Shown one piece after another: positions 8,520 through 16,702 of a stretch of 64,000 nucleotides of DNA (positions are counted from its first letter, which is position 1; every line of letters starts with the position of its first letter). The translations under genes were made by a program, and so were the position numbers. The stretch lies in assembly GCA_009787405.1 (NCBI GenBank), contig WRGA01000122.1, forward strand, positions 6,863 to 70,862, given 5' to 3'. A model generated the notes under the pieces. It worked only from the letters and a program-made list of their open reading frames with translations, was not told where the DNA came from and did no database searches. This stretch comes from Candidatus Azobacteroides sp. Lineage in GTDB: Bacteria; Bacteroidota; Bacteroidia; Bacteroidales; WRGA01.

Positions 8520-8861
8520 ATGTATTATTATAGCTTAAGAATAGATGCTTTTACTGATGATAAAATAATTGCCATTAATAATATTTTAGAAGTAAAATCA
8601 AATTTTTCACCCACAGCCGGCTGGGGTTTAGAAGTTAAGGAAGGTGAAAGTGATGCTGAATTTTTCTTTATCGATTATTTTCTTTCGCTTTTAAGAGGAA
8701 AATACGAGAAACTTGAAAAAATCGGGGTGACTCGGGACAGTATCTCTATTTGGATGCTTTATGAATATGAAGGTCAGTGTAATATGGAATTTTTACCCGA
8801 AGATATGTATAATTTGGGGAAGGAAGGCATTGTGCTTTGTGTTTCCTGCTGGGAAAAATAA
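8520..8861 (+). CDS. putative immunity protein (paralogue of 9140..9475)
   Basis: 113-aa ORF directly after the toxin tail. Its C-terminal ~40 aa is nearly identical to the paralogue (WMLYEYEGQCNMEF..EDMYNLGKEGIVLCVSCWEK). Confidence 0.65.
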   Translation: MYYYSLRIDAFTDDKIIAINNILEVKSNFSPTAGWGLEVKEGESDAEFFFIDYFLSLLRGKYEKLEKIGVTRDSISIWMLYEYEGQCNMEFLPEDMYNLGKEGIVLCVSCWEK

Positions 8862-8966
8862 TTTTTTTAAGATACTTTAAAACAAAAATGGTTCCGAATA
8901 TGGAGATATTTGTTGAGCGTAGCGTATTTATGACAAGCTACGCGAGTTCGGAAAAACCCTCCCTGC

Positions 8967-9133
8967 AGTGTATTACACGTTGAAAGATCATTTGGGCAGT
9001 GTCCAAAATGGTTGGAACAAATCCGGATGTAACTGTTATAAATGGAAAGATAGTGTTGCAAGGGACGAAAGATAGTCCATTTAAGGGTAAGACGTATAAT
9101 ACAGGATTAAATGCAAATGATTTTCTGAAATAG
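8967..9133 (+). pseudogene. toxin-tail remnant (module 2b): YYTLKDHLGS core piece joined out of frame to a 42-aa tail
   Basis: VYYTLKDHLGSV is in one frame. SKMVGTNPDVTVINGKIVLQGTKDSPFKGKTYNTGLNANDFLK* is in another. The tail is paralogous to 8340-8475. Confidence 0.65.
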
Positions 9134-9139
9134 AATGAT

Positions 9140-9475
9140 ATGTTATATTATAGTTTGCAAATCGATACTTCTATAGACAAGTATGATATGATAAATGGAA
9201 TTTTAGGTGTAAAATCCAATTCTCCCCATGCAGGTTGGGAATTTGGGATTGAGCAAAAAGACGATGATGAATATATACATTTTATTGATTATTTTCTATC
9301 CATATTAAAAGACAAATATGAGCAACTTGAAGTAATTGGGGTAACCAGAAATGATATATCCGTTTGGATGCTTTATGAATATGAAGGACAATGTAACATG
9401 GAATTTTCATCCGAAGATATGTATAATTTAGGGAAAGAAGGCATTGTGCTTTGTGTTTCCTGCTGGGAAAAATAA
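9140..9475 (+). CDS. putative immunity protein (paralogue of 8520..8861), now orphan
   Basis: 111-aa intact ORF. The N-terminal half has diverged from the paralogue and the C-terminal third is near-identical. Confidence 0.65.
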   Translation: MLYYSLQIDTSIDKYDMINGILGVKSNSPHAGWEFGIEQKDDDEYIHFIDYFLSILKDKYEQLEVIGVTRNDISVWMLYEYEGQCNMEFSSEDMYNLGKEGIVLCVSCWEK

Positions 9476-9581
9476 TTTTTTTAAGATACTTTTAAACAAA
9501 AATGATTCCGAATATGGAGATATTTGTTGAGCGTAGCGTATTTATGACAAGCTACACGAGTTCGGAAAAACCCTCCCTGCA

Positions 9582-10460
9582 GTGTATTATACACTGAAAG
9601 ATCATTTGGGCAGCATGCGGTACGAATTCAAAGGCGACGGCACGAATGTGGGGTATGCGCATTATTACCCGTCGGGTATCGAATTCACCGATCCGGGTAC
9701 AAACTCGCAAATGCTGCAAAGCAAAGAGCGGTATAACGATAAAGAATTACAAACCGATTTCGGATTGAATTGGTATGATTTTGTGGCACGCGGTTATGAT
9801 CCGGCCGTGGTAAGACCTTGGCAAATAGACCCGTTGGCGGAAGACACTCCTTGGACAAGCCCGTATTCGTGGTGTGTGAATAATCCGATTCGTTACATCG
9901 ACCCGACGGGATGTGATACTATAGGGGTAAATACTAAAGGAGAGGAAATTTGGAGAATACCGGGAGAAGGAGATGATGTTACATTTGCTTCGGCTGATGA
10001 AGTAGAAATAAAAGGATACCCTATTCAAAGTGTTAATAATGGAGAAGATGTTCATTCACCTATCACTACTTTTTGGGGTACTTTAGGGTATTATACATTA
10101 GGGATAGGATCTACTTATACTGATCCTAACGGGGCCGTTTGGAATGTTAACAGAGCCGGTAAAATAACGGGAATTGCACCGATTGGAGGGATTGCTCCTA
10201 CTCCCGGTTTCAAAGGGGGGAATATAATAAAATCATTAAAAGACCTTAAACAGGTTGTAAAAATACTTTCTAAACCCGGTTCTAAATTAACACAGCAAGA
10301 GTTAAACGATTTAAAAAAAGTAGTACAACAATTTGGAGGAAATGTTCGTGTCGATTTACAAGGAGTCAAAGGTTCCGGTGTTGCTCCTCATGTTCATGTT
10401 GAAGGACTTGGGACAAGTATAGAAGCCAGGCATATTTGGATAATTCCAGGTGTAAATTAA
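9582..10460 (+). CDS. orphan RHS C-terminal module 3 (unknown tip ending ...APHVHVEGLGTSIEARHIWIIPGVN)
   Basis: Begins at YYTLKDHLGSMRYEFKGDGTNVGYAHYYPSGIEF and runs to DPLAEDTPWTSPYSWCVNNPIRYIDPTG. It has no shell and the listed start is GTG. Confidence 0.7.
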   Translation: MYYTLKDHLGSMRYEFKGDGTNVGYAHYYPSGIEFTDPGTNSQMLQSKERYNDKELQTDFGLNWYDFVARGYDPAVVRPWQIDPLAEDTPWTSPYSWCVNNPIRYIDPTGCDTIGVNTKGEEIWRIPGEGDDVTFASADEVEIKGYPIQSVNNGEDVHSPITTFWGTLGYYTLGIGSTYTDPNGAVWNVNRAGKITGIAPIGGIAPTPGFKGGNIIKSLKDLKQVVKILSKPGSKLTQQELNDLKKVVQQFGGNVRVDLQGVKGSGVAPHVHVEGLGTSIEARHIWIIPGVN

Positions 10461-10469
10461 AATTGAAAT

Positions 10470-10862
10470 ATGAATAATTCAAAGTATATAGTAAGGTTTT
10501 TATGTTCTTTTTTTTATATTTTTGGAGGGTATATAAAAAAAGTAAGTATTTGTGATAATAAAGTTGTTGGAGAAATTCTCTTTGATGATGATGAATTTGA
10601 AACACAAGCGTTTATTTGGCATTTTTCGGATCTTTTTTATATTAGAGAAAGTATATTATTTTTAGATTATTCATTAGATAATAATTTAATAAATGGGGAT
10701 AAATTTATTTTTTCTAAGGCAGATTTAATTAAAAGAATTGAAAAGTTATCACTTTGGGATAAAAAAGAAGTACCCAATATTATTAACTATATCTGTAATC
10801 TTAATATTAAGATGGTTGATGAAGAAGGGGAAGAAACAGATTCTTTTTTTATACATTTCTAA
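10470..10862 (+). CDS. putative immunity protein for module 3
   Basis: 130-aa AT-rich ORF starting 9 nt after the tip stop. The call rests on position only. Confidence 0.5.
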   Translation: MNNSKYIVRFLCSFFYIFGGYIKKVSICDNKVVGEILFDDDEFETQAFIWHFSDLFYIRESILFLDYSLDNNLINGDKFIFSKADLIKRIEKLSLWDKKEVPNIINYICNLNIKMVDEEGEETDSFFIHF

Positions 10863-10954
10863 GAATCAGCAGAAATTTCCCCGTCCTTCGCCTATGCGTC
10901 ATTGACATCATCAAAACAACCGTCAATACTGGTCTCAGTCGCAAGGAGAGGGGG

Positions 10955-12067
10955 GTGGAAGCTGTCAAGAATATTAAATGCAACAAGAACTTGGGTACGG
11001 GCGTTTCGCGTCTTTTCACTCCCGAAGGCTACATCAACCGCCAATACGGGGTGACGGGTGATTGGGTTTATTACTACACGCTGAAAGATCATTTGGGCAG
11101 CGTGCGGTATGAATCCAAAGGCGACGGCACAAATGTGGGTTACACGCATTATTACCCGTCGGGTATCGAATTCACCAATCCGGGCACCGATACACAAACT
11201 CTGGCAAGTAAAGAGAAGTACAACGGGAAAGAGTTCCAAAGCGATTTCGGATTAAATTGGTATGATTTTGGGGCAAGAATGTATGATCAGGCAGTGGTGA
11301 GACCCTGGCAACCCGATCCGTTGGCGGAAAAACGTCCGTGGGAGTCCCCGTATTTGTGGTGCGGCGGGAATCCGATGAATGCAATTGACCCGGACGGAAG
11401 GGATTATACCATACATTTTCAAAGGGATGATGACGGAAACGTAACAGGATTGACCATAGAGGCAAAAATTTATATAACCGGTGAAAATGCTTCTGCAGAA
11501 AAAGCTTCTGACTTAAACAAATTAGCCAAAAGTATGTATAAGTCTAAAACTATTGGAGGTGTAAAGGTTTCTTTTAATATTAATTATGAATATAGTAAAG
11601 ATATGACGGCAGCTGATTTAAGCAGAGGTGAAAATCTTTTGGACTTTAATAATAAAATAAGTACAGATGAAGACAGATCTCATGTTAAAGGAAAAACTAT
11701 AGATGGCATTCATTATACTGGTAATACAGGTGAAATCTATTCGGATGCAAATAATAATGTCGTTATGCACGAAACAGGGCATTTTTTGGGACTGGCAGAC
11801 AGATATGATGAGCAAGATGGTCTTAATCTGGGACCAATGCCTCCGATAGTACATACAGGTTATGAAAGGGACCTGATGGGAAGTAGTCGAAATTCAATAT
11901 TAGACAGAAGTCATTATCAATATTATATACTTCAATACAGTAAAATTCCGAGAATAAAAACGGCAGTAGGTACATTAGAAGTCGAAAGAAATCAACAAGG
12001 TGCTCTATTGACTCCGTACGAAAAAGGCGGAAGACATAAATATGGCCCTTATGCTAAAAGAAAATAA
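10955..12067 (+). CDS. orphan RHS C-terminal module 4 with HExxH metallopeptidase-like tip
   Basis: From ~10994 the DNA is near-identical to main-gene 3941-4140. The core end is DPLAEKRPWESPYLWCGGNPMNAIDPDGRDY. The tip carries VVMHETGHFLGLADRYD, with HETGH at 11768-11782. Confidence 0.72.
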   Translation: MEAVKNIKCNKNLGTGVSRLFTPEGYINRQYGVTGDWVYYYTLKDHLGSVRYESKGDGTNVGYTHYYPSGIEFTNPGTDTQTLASKEKYNGKEFQSDFGLNWYDFGARMYDQAVVRPWQPDPLAEKRPWESPYLWCGGNPMNAIDPDGRDYTIHFQRDDDGNVTGLTIEAKIYITGENASAEKASDLNKLAKSMYKSKTIGGVKVSFNINYEYSKDMTAADLSRGENLLDFNNKISTDEDRSHVKGKTIDGIHYTGNTGEIYSDANNNVVMHETGHFLGLADRYDEQDGLNLGPMPPIVHTGYERDLMGSSRNSILDRSHYQYYILQYSKIPRIKTAVGTLEVERNQQGALLTPYEKGGRHKYGPYAKRK

Positions 12068-12071
12068 AACA

Positions 12072-13052
12072 ATGACAATAATAGTAGCAGTACTTTTTCT
12101 ATTACTGACAGTTTCTTGTAAAAAACAATGTACAGGAATCATAGGTAATATATATAAAGGATACGGATTTTTTTATTATTATCAACAGGATCATCAGGAT
12201 GGATATTATGAAATACACTTTATTCCGGTGTGTAATGATAAAGAAGATGTCATAAAGATGAATGATAACTCATTAAAGCCAATGCCCGGATTAAGTTTCC
12301 ATTGCACTAAAAGGAACAGACGATTCAGAGATATTTTTATTTATTCAAAAGCATTTAATTTGTATGATGAAAATGGAACTGTCAATGCATATCAATTTGT
12401 CCGTATACTCCCTGTTTATATTGAACTTGGAATAACAGATGAAAATAGTAATCGAAATAAGCTTTATTCTGATTTTTTCCGATTGAGCAGTAATTCTGTT
12501 TTTCAAGTTCAATTTGCATCATATTTTTCCGATTCAATTAAAATAAACAAAATAGAGTTGCTTGGAATAGAAAGATCGAAAAAGTTGGAAGTATCCGAGT
12601 CAGAGATAAACAAAATTATGAATCAATATAATTGTAAAGATTTGTCTGATTTTAATAATACGTTAATCAGTTTGGACAATAAAGATAGCATTTTCTGTAA
12701 TTATTTGATTAAAGATGGAGCTTCAGTATTTTATTTCGTGAAATATGACACACTATTAAATAAAATAATAAATATTGAATGTTCTTTTGAAAAAAAAGAA
12801 CAAAAAATACTAACTGAATCTGCATTAATAAAAATCATTAATAACTTTAGAAAATATAATGTTTATCTTATCGGTAAAGATAATGAGGGTAATATTTACT
12901 TAAATCCTTATGAAATTGATGCACCACCATTTTATATGAAAATAAAGGATGAAACAGATAAAAAAATAATAGAAAAATTGTCATTTACTTTTGAAAAATA
13001 TAAAGATGATTGGTATTTAAATAAAGATTATAACGATTTTTTAGGTCGATGA
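12072..13052 (+). CDS. putative immunity lipoprotein for module 4
   Basis: The ORF track starts at 12042. The internal ATG at 12072 gives MTIIVAVLFLLLTVSCKK, a lipobox-like signal. It is AT-rich. Confidence 0.5.
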   Translation: MTIIVAVLFLLLTVSCKKQCTGIIGNIYKGYGFFYYYQQDHQDGYYEIHFIPVCNDKEDVIKMNDNSLKPMPGLSFHCTKRNRRFRDIFIYSKAFNLYDENGTVNAYQFVRILPVYIELGITDENSNRNKLYSDFFRLSSNSVFQVQFASYFSDSIKINKIELLGIERSKKLEVSESEINKIMNQYNCKDLSDFNNTLISLDNKDSIFCNYLIKDGASVFYFVKYDTLLNKIINIECSFEKKEQKILTESALIKIINNFRKYNVYLIGKDNEGNIYLNPYEIDAPPFYMKIKDETDKKIIEKLSFTFEKYKDDWYLNKDYNDFLGR

Positions 13053-13323
13053 TATTATGGGATAATGTTTTAAAGTTAGTGATTAGCAAGTGAAACTCTT
13101 CGTTCGGAACGGTTGGTGCGAGTCTGTGACCAGTGTCCATAATGATATAAAGAAATGTATAATAAGATATATAAATATATGTTTTGTTAACAATGCATAA
13201 ATTGCAATATTTATTCCAATTTATCGAAATCCATGCAAGAGAGGGCTATACCTATAATAGGATTTCTCAAGCGTTTGTGGACGGCGACAGTCGGAAGACG
13301 GAATATCTGTATGATAAAAACCG

Positions 13324-14031
13324 TTGGCGGAAAAACGACCGTGGGAATCCCCGTATTTATGGTGCGGCGGGAATCCGATGAATAGATTTGACCCCGACGG
13401 AAAATACTGGAACGAAACGAAAGACGAAGAATATGCAAAAAAGTTGCAACAAGAAATGGACAATAAAGCAAAATCTGAACAAAAGAGTTTGGATAAACTA
13501 AACGCTAAAATTGCCAAGAATCAAGAGGCAGATAAGGATGTATCAAAAGACCAAGCTAAAGCTGCGGGAATGCGGGCAAATATTGATAATCTCAACGCCG
13601 GAATTTCTGAATTAACGGCGATGGGCGAAACGAAGGAACAAGCATTCACTTACAATATGACTGATAAAGATGTGGGATATACAGGTATTGAAAACGGTGT
13701 GGCAGTTATGGATATTGCAGGAAATGGTTCTGTGTCCAACGGCATACATGAATCTTCTCACGGATATGATTTGTGGAAAAATGGTGGTAAAACTACAGTA
13801 GGATATGGAGGCAATTTTATTCCGGGAGAAGAAAAAGCGTATGGTCGTCAATTTTCGTATGATAAATCGTCTCTTCGATCTCTTTCCGATTTTGAGAACC
13901 CTAATTCTCTAAACGATGTCAATGGGCGTTGGGTATTGGGAATTCAATCAGGGGGAAAGTATATATACATAGAGATGAACTATCCGGGCAGAAAACCACA
14001 AGATATTTTAAAGACATTGCGGCAAAAATAA
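13324..14031 (+). CDS. orphan toxin tip 5 (coiled-coil-like region plus HExxH)
   Basis: Begins inside the core-end motif ((P)LAEKRPWESPYLWCGGNPMNRFDPDG). HESSH lies at 13747-13761. It is joined out of frame to an upstream RHS remnant (GYTYNRISQAFVDGDSRKTEYLYDKN, ~13237-13321). Confidence 0.6.
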   Translation: MAEKRPWESPYLWCGGNPMNRFDPDGKYWNETKDEEYAKKLQQEMDNKAKSEQKSLDKLNAKIAKNQEADKDVSKDQAKAAGMRANIDNLNAGISELTAMGETKEQAFTYNMTDKDVGYTGIENGVAVMDIAGNGSVSNGIHESSHGYDLWKNGGKTTVGYGGNFIPGEEKAYGRQFSYDKSSLRSLSDFENPNSLNDVNGRWVLGIQSGGKYIYIEMNYPGRKPQDILKTLRQK

Positions 14032-14039
14032 TAACAACT

Positions 14040-14858
14040 ATGAAAATTTTATTATTTTGTATGATGGCAATTTTCATTTTTTTAAGCTGTCAAACACCAT
14101 CAAATATAGGAGGCATATATAGCAGCAGGAAATATTTATACAAATTTGAATTATATTCTGATTAAATATTTATTTATACGTCTTCGTGCTATGGTTCTTC
14201 TATTGTTAATAAGTATTCCGATGGCAGCTGGAGTCTCGTTGATAAAAATACTGTCGTTCTCAACAGTCGAATAATAAACAATATTATTCCGCTGGAAATA
14301 GAAAGGGTTAGTACCTCAGACTCAATCAGTCAAATCTGTCAAAATTTAGTTATCGTTCAAAAAAGAAGTCGGTACGAATATGAAAGTAAAGATTTTTTAG
14401 TAACGCCATATATTAATGGTAATAATTACTTAGAATTGCACCCTGAATTATCGGACGAACCTCTACAAATAACTAAAAATGAATTTCTCATATCACTTGG
14501 ATTGGAACCGGATACAATAAATTCTTCAGAAGCGGCATTCATATCTCCTCCCGTAAAGAAGGGTTCGTACTGTATTTATCCCGAAAACCCGTTTAGCAGT
14601 CTTTTTTTTAAGATTGAAAAACAACCAAAATGGATTAAATATACGGGAGGAATACAGCCGACTTATTACACTTTGCAAACAGAAGAAATAAATGTTCAGG
14701 CACAACCGGGAGAATTGGTAAAGATTACCATTAATTTAAACGATTCCTTATTTTCATATAGGATATTTGATAATGTGATGTTAAAAATCAACGATAAAAA
14801 ATTGATTTTTAAGGATAGTGAAGAAAACGATAAAATAAATAAACTTTATTTGAAGTAA
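14040..14858 (+). pseudogene. immunity-like lipoprotein gene interrupted by one in-frame TAA
   Basis: ATG 14040 gives MKILLFCMMAIFIFLSCQTP. There is a TAA at 14163-14165. I translated the same frame codon by codon from 14166 and it stays open into the listed 14436..14858 ORF. Confidence 0.55.
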
Positions 14859-14870
14859 GCAAAATAAAAT

Positions 14871-14993
14871 CCTACCACGGCGGACATGTTGTCCGTCCGT
14901 GAACCTATTCAAAAGGACATGTTGTCCGACAGACAAAAGGCATATCATTAAAAATAAAAAATGTTTTTATTGACATTATGGTTCCCTTATCAT
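14871..14993. repeat. K-repeat copy 2
   Basis: Same sequence as 7174-7295, with palindromes GGACATGTTGTCC at 14881-14893 and 14914-14926. Its ATG at 14978 is the start of the next ORF. Confidence 0.75.
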
Positions 14994-15412
14994 CATTAGA
15001 AAAAGCGGGCAAAGACATTGGAGACCGACGAGACAGAATCTCGGAACTGAAAAGTTCAAAATCGGATATATCAGACATGCGCAAGAATGAAAGTGTAGAA
15101 TTTCGATATGCTAACGCTTCCGATAAAAATAATCCGGCAGGAAAGAGTAATCCTGTTACTGCTCCGGATGGAACTAATGCTGCAGGTCATAATGTTATAG
15201 CAATTTATACGGAAGGTAATGCAGGCAGTAAGATACATGAATCCAGACATGGAGGACAAATTGCACGAGGAGAATATAGTTTCGATAAAAAAGGTAATCC
15301 TTCCGACGGTTATAACGTAAACTCTGAAATCTCAGCATATAGAGCGCAATATGCCTATAATGGGAACCTAAATTATCGGGAAGCGTATTATCAAGAGATA
15401 ACCCCTCGATGA
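14978..15412 (+). CDS. stand-alone HExxH toxin-like protein (related to tip 5), no RHS core homology
   Basis: 144 aa. IHESRHGGQ (HESRH at 15236-15250) parallels GIHESSHGYD of tip 5. The start codon lies inside K-repeat copy 2. Confidence 0.55.
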   Translation: MVPLSSLEKAGKDIGDRRDRISELKSSKSDISDMRKNESVEFRYANASDKNNPAGKSNPVTAPDGTNAAGHNVIAIYTEGNAGSKIHESRHGGQIARGEYSFDKKGNPSDGYNVNSEISAYRAQYAYNGNLNYREAYYQEITPR

Positions 15413-15569
15413 CAAATGCATTTATAGTTCTTGGTGCATCGGCAATTCCGATAGTTACAATCAATAATATAAATTTAATTAATAGTGCATTAATTCTAAA
15501 TATGGGAGAAGAAGGAATAACTTCGGATGGTCGTTATGGAACTTGGGGGCCGATATATGATTTTAAATG
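15409..15569 (+). CDS. possible 53-aa ORF bridged by ATGA overlaps to both neighbours
   Basis: Encodes MTNAFIVLGASAIPIVTINNINLINSALILNMGEEGITSDGRYGTWGPIYDFK*. Its ATG overlaps the TGA of 14978..15412 and its TGA overlaps the ATG of 15567..16001. It could instead be a frameshifted toxin C-terminus. Confidence 0.3.
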
Positions 15570-16001
15570 AAAAATAATATGAAGAATAAACTATTTATAT
15601 TTTTACCTATAGTAATTATGACAATGGGTATGATAACTTGTTGTTCAACTAATAAGATACAAGTATATCGTTTTTTGCCTTCTGTTGATTGCGATAGTTG
15701 TAGTTTTTTAGAAATGATGGAGAAATTGGCTAAAATTGACAGCAGTAATAAATTTATTATTCTAAGAAATGATTCAATTTTAGGATATTCAAAACGTTAT
15801 GTAGGATTATACAGCAATACCGCAATTAAATATATAATCGTTAATGATGAATTAATTACAGACTCTATAAATCTCTATGGATATGAAATTTATAGTGTTA
15901 CAAATGTACATTTTTTATATAGCCGAGACAGTTTAGTTAATAAAGTAACGAATGAAAAATATTATAATCAAAAATATCTTGATAAGATACGTAAGAAATA
16001 A
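15567..16001 (+). CDS. putative immunity lipoprotein
   Basis: 144 aa with signal/lipobox-like LFIFLPIVIMTMGMITCC. It is AT-rich and sits after the toxin-like ORFs. Confidence 0.5.
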   Translation: MKNNMKNKLFIFLPIVIMTMGMITCCSTNKIQVYRFLPSVDCDSCSFLEMMEKLAKIDSSNKFIILRNDSILGYSKRYVGLYSNTAIKYIIVNDELITDSINLYGYEIYSVTNVHFLYSRDSLVNKVTNEKYYNQKYLDKIRKK

Positions 16002-16079
16002 GTTTATTAGGCAATGTTTCAAAGTTAGTGATGAGATAAAAATAAAACATAAAAAGTTATTATTAATGCAAACGAAAAA

Positions 16080-16270
16080 ACCGAAGCCATGCAGTTCAAA
16101 TAGGGACACGGCATCAACTACGGTTACGACGCTTCGGGGATGAAACGCACCGTTACGACGACAACGGCCAAAGAAGGGGTGACGGTTCCGCCGGAGACAG
16201 TAGGGCAGATTTCCCCATCCGATGTATTATTCACCTCGAAAGAGGATTACAGCGGCAATGCGGCGTATTA
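16080..16270 (+). pseudogene. RHS core remnant with in-frame stop
   Basis: EAMQFK*GHGINYGYDASGMKRTVTTTTAKEGVTVP... parallels main-gene EVMQFKQGHGINYGYDASGTKRVVDTYTAKEGVTVP (3760-3860). CAG has become TAG at 16101-16103. Confidence 0.75.
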
Positions 16271-16702
16271 GGTAATGTATGCCGGCGGAAGTCCGATTGT
16301 TTTATGGTATCATAAAGAAGGGAATATATATATATCGCATCCATTTATAAATGATACAAATATGTTTGTTATGATGAGGAAATGTTTGTGCATCTTTATG
16401 GCAGGAATGTTTTTAAAGTATCTGATATCTTTACGATCAAATATGTTTAATTATACATTTTTGAATGATACTCTTTCCGTCAAAAGAAGCGGCAAGTTGT
16501 ACCGGAAAAAAGGTTCCGGGATTTTAAAAATGAGGAAGCCTTAATGTACAGTAGCAAAACAAGCGGTACTGTTAAGTACAGGTTCTGCTCATGTCAGACT
16601 GAAAGCAGGTTCTGTCTGTATCAATGACAATAGGTCAAAAGAAAAGAAGAATGGTTATTTTGAGAAATAAAATATAAGTAATTTAGTTAAATTAAAAATA
16701 AA

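Noticed and set aside
1376-16270. T6SS effector island or integron-like cassette array
   Set aside because: No VgrG, PAAR, Hcp, TssB/C or integrase/recombinase gene is visible in the 64 kb. The RHS protein has a Sec-type signal rather than a PAAR or other recognisable T6SS-type N-terminal domain. The cassette-like punctuation is reported only as an observation.
16275-16544. 89-aa ORF between the RHS remnant and the 1229-aa gene
   Set aside because: It lies in AT-rich sequence, has no signal, motif or partner gene, and cannot be supported as coding.
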